Origin: a virus
Lineage: Duplodnaviria; Caudoviricetes
Direction: 5' to 3' (one strand)
IMG/VR virus record: IMGVR_UViG_3300020045_004338
Location: 1-34,997 of that record
DNA length: 34,997 nt
This document shows, in pieces, positions 18,169-26,465 of this stretch. A program made the translations under genes and the position numbers. The notes beneath the pieces were generated by a model. The model did no database searches, had not been told where the DNA came from, and saw nothing but the letters and a program-made list of their open reading frames with translations. The number at the start of each line of letters is the position of its first letter. Within the stretch, counting starts at the first letter, position 1.

Positions 18169-18372
18169 GAGGTCGAGCGCGGGGAGCAGGGTGCTGAGAG
18201 GCATGTCTGCTTTCGCGTTTGCCCGGTTGTAGAACGTGGTGTAGTCGGTTCGTGTGCCGGCGTCGTTGAGGGCGCGGACGAACGCGGCGATCTTCTTCCA
18301 CCGGCTGGCGGCGATCTCGGCGCGCAGCTGGTCGGCGATTGCCTGTGCGCGGGGGTCCGTGTTCTTGGTCAC
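18115..18372 (-). CDS. Putative immunity repressor (HTH)
   Basis: Only clear leftward gene; IADQLRAEIAA...TFYNRANAKADMPLSTL XRE-like pattern; divergent from the Cro-like gene. Confidence 0.75.
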   Translation of the reverse strand: MTKNTDPRAQAIADQLRAEIAASRWKKIAAFVRALNDAGTRTDYTTFYNRANAKADMPLSTLLPALDLLGVDYLTFVAHAMTRVK

Positions 18373-18519
18373 GGGGGCAATGATACCGCCGTTGACGCCC
18401 AGATGTTAGGTGTTGTCGCCAACCTACAATCCGTTTGTGAGATTCTACAAACTTGGTATCAGCGCCAAGATTAACTACTCATAGAACCGGAAATGGGTTA
18501 TCTTGGTGCCATGACCAAG
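18365..18519. promoter_or_regulatory. Genetic switch: divergent leaderless-type promoters and palindromic operators
   Basis: TATCAT (minus, 18380-18385) 7 nt before the repressor GTG; TATCTT (18499-18504) 6 nt before the cro ATG; CTTGGT-N6-RCCAAG at 18452-18469 and 18502-18519. Confidence 0.65.
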
Positions 18520-18765
18520 AACCACAGCACCGAGGCACCGGATCCCGGCGCTCTCGCCAAGATCATCGGGGGCATCAACGCCCACCTGAGTGATCACACG
18601 GCGGGTCGTCGTGATGTCGCGTGGCTCTCTGACCGTACGGGCATCCCCCGCACCACCCTGTACCGCAAGCTCGCTAACCCGCAGTCTCTGACGTTCATGG
18701 ACGTGCTGCGGATCGCGGATGCGTTCGACGTGCCGGTGGCCGATCTTTACGAGGTGGCGGCGTGA
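18511..18765 (+). CDS. Cro-like HTH protein
   Basis: VAWLSDRTGIPRTTLYRKL...LRIADAFDVPVADL XRE HTH. Confidence 0.85.
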   Translation: MTKNHSTEAPDPGALAKIIGGINAHLSDHTAGRRDVAWLSDRTGIPRTTLYRKLANPQSLTFMDVLRIADAFDVPVADLYEVAA

Positions 18766-18971
18766 GCGCCGGCGTGGTCCAGCGGATCGAGTTCGCGCCG
18801 GGACTGTTCACCCGTGAACTGGCCGCGTTCTACCTGTCGAAGTCGTTGCGTGAGGTTGACGATCTCCGCGCGCAGGGTCACTTGATCCCGGTGGGTGAGG
18901 GTAAGCGCATCACGTTCACGAAGGCTGAGCTGGACCGGTATATCGACGGACTCCCGGAGCGTGCATCGTGA
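18762..18971 (+). CDS. Excisionase-like HTH protein
   Basis: LFTRELAAFYLSKSLREVDDL...FTKAELDRYI; follows cro. Confidence 0.75.
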   Translation: MSAGVVQRIEFAPGLFTRELAAFYLSKSLREVDDLRAQGHLIPVGEGKRITFTKAELDRYIDGLPERAS

Positions 18972-18979
18972 ATCCGCGT

Positions 18980-19537
18980 GTGCGTACCCCGTTCACGAAG
19001 TCGAACGATCGCCCCGGAAGAGTCCACGTCCCCTGGTGGGTGCGACTCCGACTCTGGCTCCGACCCCACAACTGAACCCACAGGTTCCACCGCCACCCGC
19101 GGCGCTCACAGATCGCGCGGGTGGGCTTATCCGGCGCGCCCGGACAGCAGCACCCTTGACAACTCCACATGCGAGACACGCTGATATGTCGTCCCAGCGT
19201 CACGGCCCGGTATGTCCCGGCACCGAACGCCCACACACCAATGGGGACTGGCAAGCACGCACGCTACGGGCCGTTAGGTGACGGAGAAGCCGGGGTGCAG
19301 GTAACGGGCGAGTGCCCTCCATCGTGTGGGGGTGTGGAGTTTCTAAGAGTGGGCGGTGCTATTACGCACCGACACCGACGTGGGGCGCACAGGGTGCGCC
19401 TTGTTCGGGAGCGCATCACGCGGCAGCCGTGCCGTGGGGACGCCTCAACACGCCTGGATCGGCAGGCAGAGGCAGGACAAGCCGCTCACTCTTCCGCGCT
19501 GACGGTCTATGCCGGGGTTCGACTCCCCGGAGCGCAC
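18980..19537 (+). ncRNA. Putative large structured RNA (~560 nt) closed by a tRNA-like domain
   Basis: Eight nested long-range helices found by hand, a D-arm-like hairpin at the 5' end and a canonical T arm (CGGGG-TTCGACT-CCCCG) at the 3' end; gap between xis and a gene with its own GGAGG RBS. Confidence 0.65.
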
Positions 19538-19549
19538 GGGAGGTTCAAC

Positions 19550-20269
19550 ATGACTGAACTGGTAGAGCGCGACCTTGGGTGGGCGCGGAAGATCACTGAG
19601 CGGTTGCGGTTGCAGGCGACGAACTATGCCGAAGCGCGCGACAAGGTGATGTCGACGCTGGTGGAGGCGCGTGATGGTGGCGCGGCTGACCTGTTGGGGT
19701 ATGCGTCGTGGACGGCGTACATGGCGGATGTGTTCGGGGATGCGCCGTTGCGGTTGGAGCGGGACGCGCGGCAGGAACTGGTCGCGGAGTTGTCGGCTGC
19801 GGGGATGAGTACGCGGGCAATCGCACCCATCGTCGGAGTCCACCACGACACCGTGGCTACCGACATCAAGGCAGGTGTCGGATACCCGACACCTGTGGTT
19901 GTGCGTGTGGCTGACCGTGAACTGGTCGACATCCAAACCGAACCACCGCAGACCATGATGCGCGCCAACCCCGACACGGGCGAGATCGAAGACGTACCCG
20001 CCCGACACATCACCGGCATCGACGGCAAACAATACGCCGTCCCCGCCACCAAGAAACCAAACCGACGCGCGCTCACCGAAGTAGCCCGCGACACCGGGTG
20101 GGACATTCGCCGAGCCACCGAAAAACTCGAGCGAATCCGGGAGGACGACCGTTACTCCCGCAACAAAAACGAGGTGGCCGAACTAATCCGCGGCCACCTC
20201 ATCTTCGTCATCGAAACCTGCCAGGGCTTCCTCGATGACATCAACCAGAACGAGGAGAACCAGTCATGA
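19550..20269 (+). CDS. HTH DNA-binding protein
   Basis: GGAGG RBS before ATG 19550; GMSTRAIAPIVGVHHDTVATD HTH; LGYASWTAY and TGIDGKQY motifs. Confidence 0.8.
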   Translation: MTELVERDLGWARKITERLRLQATNYAEARDKVMSTLVEARDGGAADLLGYASWTAYMADVFGDAPLRLERDARQELVAELSAAGMSTRAIAPIVGVHHDTVATDIKAGVGYPTPVVVRVADRELVDIQTEPPQTMMRANPDTGEIEDVPARHITGIDGKQYAVPATKKPNRRALTEVARDTGWDIRRATEKLERIREDDRYSRNKNEVAELIRGHLIFVIETCQGFLDDINQNEENQS

Positions 20270-21120
20270 CCATCGTAAACCCCGCCGCCGCGCTCACGCG
20301 CACGGCAACCATCGAGTGGGTCACTCCCGCGCTCGCGACGGAGTACCTGACCCACAACATCGACAACAACCGCAACGCGAAGCCGAGCCGCATCGCCGCA
20401 TACGCCCGCGACATCCAGCACGGCAACTGGCTGTTCACGGGCGAGGCAATCAAGTTCGACACGGACGGTCGCCTCGTAGACGGGCAGAACCGCCTACTCG
20501 CGATCATCAAGGCCGACATGCCCGCTGAGGTGCTGGTTGTCCGCGGCCTCACCACAGAAGCCGTTTACGTCCTGGACTCGGGGATGTCTCGATCTGGTGC
20601 CGACGCCCTCACGATCTCGGGAGTGGCAGCCAAAGCAGACCCGAAGGATCTCGCCGCGACCGCCCGGATGCACCTCGCCTGGACGCTGGGCGACATCCCC
20701 CACGCCGGCGCGTCGAACCTGCCGACGATGACCAAGCCCGAACTCATCGAGTACGTTCGCCGCAACCCGCGGCTCGACTTCGCGGCCCGTTACGCGCGGC
20801 CCGTGTACAAGAGCCTGCGCCTGCCGATCAGCGCGATCGCGGTCGCGTTCGAGGTATTCGAGCGGATCGACATCGACGACACCGCCGAGTTCTTCAACCG
20901 CATCCGCGACGGCATCTCGACTGGTGCCGGCGACCCGTTCCTGACGTTGAGCCGCCGTGTCGTCAGCGACCGCAACGACGGCAACCGGAGCATCCTCCCC
21001 TCTACGGCGCTGTACTACCTCTTCCGCACTTGGAACGCGTTCCGTGTCGGTGAGCAGCTGCACCGCCTTCAGGCCGGTACGCGCACGAACGGGTTCACGA
21101 CGATCCCGGCACCCCTGTAA
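20266..21120 (+). CDS. ParB/Srx-like (DGQHR-type) domain protein
   Basis: VTPALATEYL, NR, YARDI..G.W, GRLVDGQNRLLAI motifs. Confidence 0.75.
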   Translation: MTIVNPAAALTRTATIEWVTPALATEYLTHNIDNNRNAKPSRIAAYARDIQHGNWLFTGEAIKFDTDGRLVDGQNRLLAIIKADMPAEVLVVRGLTTEAVYVLDSGMSRSGADALTISGVAAKADPKDLAATARMHLAWTLGDIPHAGASNLPTMTKPELIEYVRRNPRLDFAARYARPVYKSLRLPISAIAVAFEVFERIDIDDTAEFFNRIRDGISTGAGDPFLTLSRRVVSDRNDGNRSILPSTALYYLFRTWNAFRVGEQLHRLQAGTRTNGFTTIPAPL

Positions 21121-21148
21121 CCCCTGGCGGGTTCGGCACCTGAGCACC

Positions 21149-21220
21149 GTGCGTAAACGGCTCACCCTCCGGGGGTAGCGCTGCTAGCAGACACGGGGCG
21201 TGCAAGTCCCCCGAGCGCAC
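21149..21220 (+). ncRNA. Putative non-canonical tRNA-like element (72 nt)
   Basis: GTGCGT/GCGCAC closing stem, two internal hairpins, T-arm-like CGGGGCG-TGCAAGT-CCCCCG; same termini as the 18980-19537 element. Confidence 0.4.
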
Positions 21221-21415
21221 ATGAGCACAACAATCCAGCAACTCATCAACCGACGCCACGACATCGCCGACCGCCTCGCCACCCGAACCCTCGAATCCGC
21301 GATCGACGACACCTCCCGCGACCTCGCCCTCGAATGGTTCGACCTGAACCAGCAGATCGTCCGCCAGTACACCGCCGACGTGCGGGCCGCACTCGACCAA
21401 GGAGCCGCAACATGA
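21221..21415 (+). CDS. Hypothetical protein
   Basis: ATG 21221; ATGA coupling to the next gene; no SD sequence. Confidence 0.6.
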   Translation: MSTTIQQLINRRHDIADRLATRTLESAIDDTSRDLALEWFDLNQQIVRQYTADVRAALDQGAAT

Positions 21416-21609
21416 TCCGTCACATCTTCTTCGCGGTCGCGCTGCTCATCGCCGGCGCTGACATGGGTGACTACCGGCTCGACTGGTGGGCACTCATCCT
21501 CATCCTCGCGTTGGCGGGGTGGGCGTGTGGTCCGGGACTCATCGCCGACCGGCATGAGTCGGAATACCTGTCACGGGTAGATGACGAGCTCGAGCGGGGT
21601 GGGCGATGA
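21412..21609 (+). CDS. Small membrane protein
   Basis: AAGGAG RBS; two hydrophobic segments. Confidence 0.65.
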   Translation: MIRHIFFAVALLIAGADMGDYRLDWWALILILALAGWACGPGLIADRHESEYLSRVDDELERGGR

Positions 21610-21977
21610 GTTGGGATGCGGCAATGACAGACGAACGCGCCATGCAACGCATCCTCACCGACCACGCGGCCACGTTCTCGAAAGCGGAGACGCGTGAACG
21701 CCGCCGCAACGGGGAGGCGTTCACGTCGGTCATGTGGTCCCGCGGGTGGCGTGCGGCGGTGGAAACCATCGTGCCCCTGCTCATCCACGAACAATCCCGC
21801 TGGGGCGACCTCACCGAACAGGAAGCACTCACAGAACTACGGAAAGGTACCGGGTCGATCTGGTGGCCCGTGTTCCGCAACGACCCCACCATCCAAGCCG
21901 ACTGCCCCCCGTGCGGTCGACCCGTTGTTGTCGGCGTGGAAGGCATCTGCCAACACTGCGGACACACCATCGAATAG
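21606..21977 (+). CDS. Hypothetical protein with C-terminal zinc ribbon
   Basis: CPPC...CQHC; ATGA coupling. Confidence 0.65.
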   Translation: MSWDAAMTDERAMQRILTDHAATFSKAETRERRRNGEAFTSVMWSRGWRAAVETIVPLLIHEQSRWGDLTEQEALTELRKGTGSIWWPVFRNDPTIQADCPPCGRPVVVGVEGICQHCGHTIE

Positions 21978-21986
21978 GACAAACGC

Positions 21987-22589
21987 ATGACCGAACACAA
22001 GACGATCGCTGCGGCGCTGGTCGCGTTCCAAGCGGAACTGCCCGACGTGTCCAAAGGGTCCACGAACCCGGCGTTCAAGTCGCGATACGCGGACCTCGCG
22101 GACGTGACGAAAGCGGTGTTCCCGGTCCTCGCGAAACACGGGTTGGCGTTCATCGCCCGCCCCGACCAGGACGACACCGGCCTGGTGCTCCGCTACTCCC
22201 TGATCCACGCATCCGGTGAACGGCTGGATGGGGTGTGGCCGCTGCCCGATGGGGCGAAGGCGCAGGAGTTGGGGTCGTGGATCACGTATGGGCGGCGTTA
22301 CTGCTTGTCGGCTGTGACGGGGATTACGCCGGATGCGGATGATGACGGGAACGCGGCCACGAGTGCGGCCCGGAACCGTCCGGTGCGTGCGACACCTGCG
22401 GATGCGAGCGCGGCGGCTGCGGCTATCGCGGCGGCCCCGGATCATGCGGAGTTGCGGCGTGTGGAGGGTAAGGCTCACGCGTTGGGGATCGCTGGTGTCC
22501 CGGTGGTGCGTGACGCGCTGGCCGCGAAGCACGCCGAGCTGGGCGCGTCCCCGGTGGATGAGTGGGCGACTGTGGGGGTGGCACCGTGA
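21987..22589 (+). CDS. ERF-family single-strand annealing recombinase
   Basis: NPAFKSRYADL, KHGL, GSWITYGRRYCLSA, DDDG motifs. Confidence 0.93.
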   Translation: MTEHKTIAAALVAFQAELPDVSKGSTNPAFKSRYADLADVTKAVFPVLAKHGLAFIARPDQDDTGLVLRYSLIHASGERLDGVWPLPDGAKAQELGSWITYGRRYCLSAVTGITPDADDDGNAATSAARNRPVRATPADASAAAAAIAAAPDHAELRRVEGKAHALGIAGVPVVRDALAAKHAELGASPVDEWATVGVAP

Positions 22590-22741
22590 GGCCGCGCGTG
22601 TGGTTCGACGCCCCAACCCGCCGATGGTTCATTCACGCGCCGGGGCACCGTCTCCCCGCGGGTGGGTTCCGGTCACAGTACGCGGCAATGATCCGCGCAC
22701 AACACATCGCAGAAACGGAGGCGCGTCGTGGGCATCAGTGA
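22586..22741 (+). CDS. Small hypothetical protein (51 aa)
   Basis: GTGA overlap with the ERF stop; MRPRVWFDAPTRRWFIHAPG... Confidence 0.5.
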   Translation: MRPRVWFDAPTRRWFIHAPGHRLPAGGFRSQYAAMIRAQHIAETEARRGHQ

Positions 22742-22934
22742 TGAGCGAATCGCGGTGACACTCACCGGTAGCGAGTGGGCGGCGGTTGTTGTCGCGCTCC
22801 GCATGACCGGCCTAGGGGATTACGCCGAGATTGCCGGGAAGATCCATGCGCGGGTCATCAACCCGTCGTGTTGCACGTCCCCGGCTGGCACCACAGCGTG
22901 CCTCGACTGCCCCGAAACGGAGAACCAACCATGA
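22728..22934 (+). CDS. Hypothetical protein
   Basis: GGAGG RBS; ATGA overlap with the next gene. Confidence 0.6.
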   Translation: MGISDERIAVTLTGSEWAAVVVALRMTGLGDYAEIAGKIHARVINPSCCTSPAGTTACLDCPETENQP

Positions 22935-24025
22935 AGAAACTCGAAACACTCACCCCCGAACAAACCGCGATCCTCCCCACGAAACGCGACGAATGGATCA
23001 GCCGGGGTCTGTCCACCGAACCCGCGAACCGGGCCGAAGCGGAACGCGGTGTTGAGCTCGCATACCGTGCTGCCGGCCTAGAGCCGCCACGGTTCATGAT
23101 CTGGGTTGACTCGCCGTATGCGGGTGCGTTCGCGCAGGCGTTGGCACCGGGGATCATCGCAGCGGTCGGGGATCAGGTCGGGGCTCAGGTCGGGGATCAG
23201 GTCTGGGATCAGGTCCGGGCTCAGGTCCGGGATCAGGTTCGGGATCAGGTCTGGGCTCAGGTCCGGGCTCAGGTCCGGGATCAGGTTCGGGATCAGGTCG
23301 GGGCTCAGGTTCGGGCTCAGGTCTGGGCTCAGGTCTGGGCTCAGGTCCGGGCTCAGGAACAGAAGTACCTCCGCGGATGGTCCGACGCACTCGTATCCGA
23401 CTACTACGGCATCTGGTGGTCCTCCTGGATCGACACAATGCGAACCATCGGCGTCAACAACCTCAAACCCTGGGACGGACAAAAACTCGTCGCGAGCAAC
23501 GCCTACTGGTGGTGGTGCTTCAAGGGGTACGCGGTCCTGTCAGATCGGCCCAGCGAGATCTACCGCGACGAACAAGGACGCCTCCACAACGAAACCGGGC
23601 AGGCGATCACATGGCGTGACGGGTGGGGATTCCACTCCTGGCACGGAACCCGCGTCCCCGAATGGGTCATCACCGAACCCGACGTCGGGAAAGCGCTCAA
23701 GGAACCGAACAGTGAGATTCGGCGTGCCGCTTTCGAGCGGATCGGCTGGGCGGACGCGGTAATCGAGCTCGGGTTGACACCGATCGGGACCGCCCCGGAC
23801 CCCGGCAACCACCCCAACCTCCTCGAACTGTATTCGCTGCCGGAACAGATCTATGAAGAACCCGTGAACCTGCTGCTGATGGTGAACGGTTCCCCGGACA
23901 GGTCTGGTGCTGTGCGCCGGTATGGGGAAACGGTTCCCGCATCCATCACCGACCCGCTCGCCGCCGCTGCATGGCAGTACGGCGTGCAACCTGTCGTCTA
24001 CGCGAACCTCGCGCGGCGCACCTAA
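22931..24025 (+). CDS. DUF6745-like protein with tetrapeptide repeat
   Basis: [11 protein letters not shown]...AGLEPP...DSP N-terminus; WWW...SDRP...[13 protein letters not shown]....WHG and N.EIRRA..ERIG C-terminal domain. Confidence 0.8.
   Translation: MKKLETLTPEQTAILPTKRDEWISRGLSTEPANRAEAERGVELAYRAAGLEPPRFMIWVDSPYAGAFAQALAPGIIAAVGDQVGAQVGDQVWDQVRAQVRDQVRDQVWAQVRAQVRDQVRDQVGAQVRAQVWAQVWAQVRAQEQKYLRGWSDALVSDYYGIWWSSWIDTMRTIGVNNLKPWDGQKLVASNAYWWWCFKGYAVLSDRPSEIYRDEQGRLHNETGQAITWRDGWGFHSWHGTRVPEWVITEPDVGKALKEPNSEIRRAAFERIGWADAVIELGLTPIGTAPDPGNHPNLLELYSLPEQIYEEPVNLLLMVNGSPDRSGAVRRYGETVPASITDPLAAAAWQYGVQPVVYANLARRT
23165..23356 (+). repeat. 12-bp tandem repeat x16 encoding V(G/W/R)(D/A)Q
   Basis: Unit GT(C/T)(G/T/C)GGG(A/C)TCAG, 16 copies counted. 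Confidence 0.95.
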
Positions 24026-24042
24026 CAGAAGGAGAAGAACTG

Positions 24043-24459
24043 ATGAGTATGACGTATGCGGTCGCGTTGGCGAAGGTTGGCGCGACGGTCCCGGAGCATC
24101 TGATCGCGGACGCGGAAGTGCCGGTGTTGACCGGCCCGCAGGCGCAGGGTGACCTGCTGATCGTCCCCCTCGGCTCGACCAAAGCGACCCTGGTCCCGGT
24201 GCCGGATGAGGGGGTGCAGGTTGTGTTCGGTGAAGCGACCGGCAACTCCCACTGGTTGCACCGCGGGTTCGACTCGCCCGGTGTCCGGTTCGCGCGTGTC
24301 ACGGACGGGCAGTGCATCGGTGTTGTGTCGGTGCCGGTGGGGGAGTCGGCGCAGCTGATCCACACCGATGAGCACGGGTCGAACGGTATCGGTCCCGGCC
24401 TGTACGGCATTCATGAGAAGCGGGAACAGGCCGACGAGATCCGCCGCGTCACCGACTGA
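24043..24459 (+). CDS. His-rich partner protein of the DUF6745-like gene
   Basis: AAGGAG RBS; QGDL, GEATGNSH, HTDEH...PGLY...RE...D motifs. Confidence 0.75.
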   Translation: MSMTYAVALAKVGATVPEHLIADAEVPVLTGPQAQGDLLIVPLGSTKATLVPVPDEGVQVVFGEATGNSHWLHRGFDSPGVRFARVTDGQCIGVVSVPVGESAQLIHTDEHGSNGIGPGLYGIHEKREQADEIRRVTD

Positions 24460-24473
24460 CCAGCAGTACCCGT

Positions 24474-24508
24474 TGAGGCCCCGGTGTGGTTCAGACACCG
24501 GGGCCTCA
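24474..24508. terminator. Perfect 14-bp hairpin
   Basis: TGAGGCCCCGGTGT-ggttcag-ACACCGGGGCCTCA; no U tract. Confidence 0.55.
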
Positions 24509-24532
24509 CCAATACCCCAAGGAGACACCCCT

Positions 24533-24859
24533 GTGAGTATCCCGATCCTATCCCCGCACGACACCCCCCGCGCCAGGCGCAACGACGTGATCTCGTCGCA
24601 TGAAGCAGCCGACGCGACAACGCACCTGCGGCTCGAGTCGCACCGGCTCGTCGAACGCATCCTCACCGACGCCGGCCGATCGCTGACCGCGCTCGAAGTC
24701 GAATCCGCCGCGATGTTCCAGTACGGGTGGGAGCATTCCGCGGTTCGTATCCGCACCGCCCTCACCGAGTTGGAGGGTGTCGTGACGGTGCGGGACGGGT
24801 TCATCCGCCGCCCCGGCGACACCCGACGCCGCCAACTCTGGACCCTCATCCACACATGA
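24533..24859 (+). CDS. Putative winged-helix DNA-binding protein
   Basis: AAGGAG RBS; ARRND..SSHEAA and SAVRIRTALTEL motifs. Confidence 0.7.
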   Translation: MSIPILSPHDTPRARRNDVISSHEAADATTHLRLESHRLVERILTDAGRSLTALEVESAAMFQYGWEHSAVRIRTALTELEGVVTVRDGFIRRPGDTRRRQLWTLIHT

Positions 24860-25038
24860 CCGAATGCGGCATGTGCGGTCAACCCGTCACCGCGAAAGAC
24901 CGACGCTACTCCGGCCCCTGCACCACATGCGGCACCGAAACATGCCCCGCCTGCACCAACTTCTACGTCGACGGGCAAAACCGGGCAATCAGCGCCGCCG
25001 CACGCCCCAAATGCGTCAACCACAAAGGAACACCATGA
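24856..25038 (+). CDS. Small zinc-finger protein
   Basis: CGMC, CTTC, CPAC, CVNH; ATGA coupling at both ends. Confidence 0.7.
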   Translation: MTECGMCGQPVTAKDRRYSGPCTTCGTETCPACTNFYVDGQNRAISAAARPKCVNHKGTP

Positions 25039-25451
25039 ACGTCTGCCACCACTGGATCGGGAACGACACAACCGGCCACACCTGCGGGACACCGATCCCC
25101 ACGGACGCCATGTACTGCGACAAGCACCTGGCCGTGGTACGTGCCCGCACCGAGAAGCAACTCGCCGCGAACATCGCCCGCGCGTTCCGCGACGACGCGA
25201 AATGGCGGGAACGGAACCTGCACCGCCTCCCCGGCTGGCGCGTCTCACTCGAACGCGCCGAAACGGAATACGCACGCCGCACCGCATCCCCCATCGGGGA
25301 CCGTGCCGCCGTAGGTGGGGTCATGCACTCATCAATCGTCCGCCGTCAAGCCGCACACCTGTCCGACACGAACGTCGCACGGGTCGTCGAGCTCGAGCGG
25401 ATCATCCGCACACTCCGCCACGACATCGCACGCCTCGGAGACACCACATGA
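25035..25451 (+). CDS. Hypothetical protein
   Basis: AAAGGA RBS; N-terminal C...C...CDKH; ATGA coupling. Confidence 0.7.
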   Translation: MNVCHHWIGNDTTGHTCGTPIPTDAMYCDKHLAVVRARTEKQLAANIARAFRDDAKWRERNLHRLPGWRVSLERAETEYARRTASPIGDRAAVGGVMHSSIVRRQAAHLSDTNVARVVELERIIRTLRHDIARLGDTT

Positions 25452-25586
25452 CTAAGCAGCCTGGTTCGTCTGAGGTTCGCCCGTGCCCCCCGCTGCGGGG
25501 TACCCCGGTTCGCGCGCCCCAAATCCCTGTGCCGAGATTGCCTGTCAACGCTCAGCCTCAACGAACGCAAGAGATGGATGACATGA
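25448..25586 (+). pseudogene. Small zinc-finger gene with an apparent +1 frameshift in a C6 run
   Basis: Removing one C at 25486-25491 gives MTKQPGSSEVRPCPRCGVPRFARPKSLCRDCLSTLSLNERKRWMT* with ATGA coupling at both ends. Confidence 0.6.
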
Positions 25587-25933
25587 GCACGCAACGCGCG
25601 AAAGGCACCCGCCTCGAGAAACTGACCGCCGAATACCTCGCCGCCCGGCTGGGGGATGACCGGATCGAACGCCGCGCAGGTAACGGTGCGAACGACCGCG
25701 GCGACATAACCGGCGTCCGCACCCCACTGGGCGAACGAGTCGTCGTGGAAGTGAAGAACCATGCACGCCTCGACCTCGCCGGATGGGCCGCTGAAGTGGC
25801 GGTCGAGAAAGGCAACGATGACGCACCGTGTGGGGTCATCGTCCACAAACGCCACGGTAGAGGGCGTGCGGCGGATCAGTGGGTCACGATGACGCTCGCG
25901 GACTTCGCGGTCCTCCTGGGGGGTGCGTCGTGA
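25583..25933 (+). CDS. Holliday junction resolvase-like PD-(D/E)XK nuclease
   Basis: AKGTRLE, DRGDI, VVEVKN, HKR motifs. Confidence 0.85.
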   Translation: MSTQRAKGTRLEKLTAEYLAARLGDDRIERRAGNGANDRGDITGVRTPLGERVVVEVKNHARLDLAGWAAEVAVEKGNDDAPCGVIVHKRHGRGRAADQWVTMTLADFAVLLGGAS

Positions 25934-26079
25934 GGTTGGCGCGTATCAACGGGTACCAGGCCCCCGCAACCGTCCCCGTGCCGGAGAAACTGTCGTGCCG
26001 GCGCGGGTGCTGCTGGAATCCGTACGGTGTGTGTTCCCGGTACATGAAGTGTGATTGTCATCCGCGGGGTGCGGCGTGA
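25930..26079 (+). CDS. Small Cys-rich protein
   Basis: GTGA coupling at both ends; CRRGCC...C....CDCH. Confidence 0.55.
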   Translation: MRLARINGYQAPATVPVPEKLSCRRGCCWNPYGVCSRYMKCDCHPRGAA

Positions 26080-26465
26080 TCGGCCCGAAGGTGCCGCGCC
26101 CCTCGAAAGCGCAGGAGCGTGCCGCGTACCAGGCGGCAACGACCCGCGATGACGACCGGTGTGTCAGGTGTGGGGTGTTCGGGGTGCAACGCGACCACCG
26201 GAAGAACCGTTCCCAGGGTGGGTTGACGGTGCCGGAGAACATTCAGTGTCTCTGCCCCGACTGCCACCTTTTCAAAACCCTCAGCCCTGCGGCGGCGGTC
26301 CTCGAGGGGTTCGCCGTCCCCGGATGGGCGCACCCCGAACTCTGGCCCGCGTACCGGCACAACACCGGCTGGGTCATCTACGAGGGCACCGGGTTTCGGG
26401 TCATCACGGAAACAACAGCAGACCTACTGATGGGAGGTGCGGCGGATGGTGTGGTTCAAGATTGA
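26076..26465 (+). CDS. HNH endonuclease
   Basis: RD...CVRCG...DHRKNRSQGG....N...LCPDCH. Confidence 0.88.
   Translation: MIGPKVPRPSKAQERAAYQAATTRDDDRCVRCGVFGVQRDHRKNRSQGGLTVPENIQCLCPDCHLFKTLSPAAAVLEGFAVPGWAHPELWPAYRHNTGWVIYEGTGFRVITETTADLLMGGAADGVVQD

Noticed and set aside
19005-19510. Group I/II intron in a tRNA, or RNase P RNA
   Set aside because: I found no group I P7 core or U-ending 5' splice site in the anticodon position, no group II domain V, and no GAGGAAAGUCC RNase P signature; GGGGTGCAGGTAACG is only superficially similar
19169-19549. 127-aa N-terminal extension of the HTH protein, and other short ORFs in 18978-19557
   Set aside because: Strong GGAGG RBS at ATG 19550; the upstream translations look non-protein-like and the region pairs extensively as RNA
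23165-23356. CRISPR array or diversity-generating retroelement repeat
   Set aside because: Contiguous in-frame 12-bp units without spacers; no cas or reverse transcriptase gene in the window
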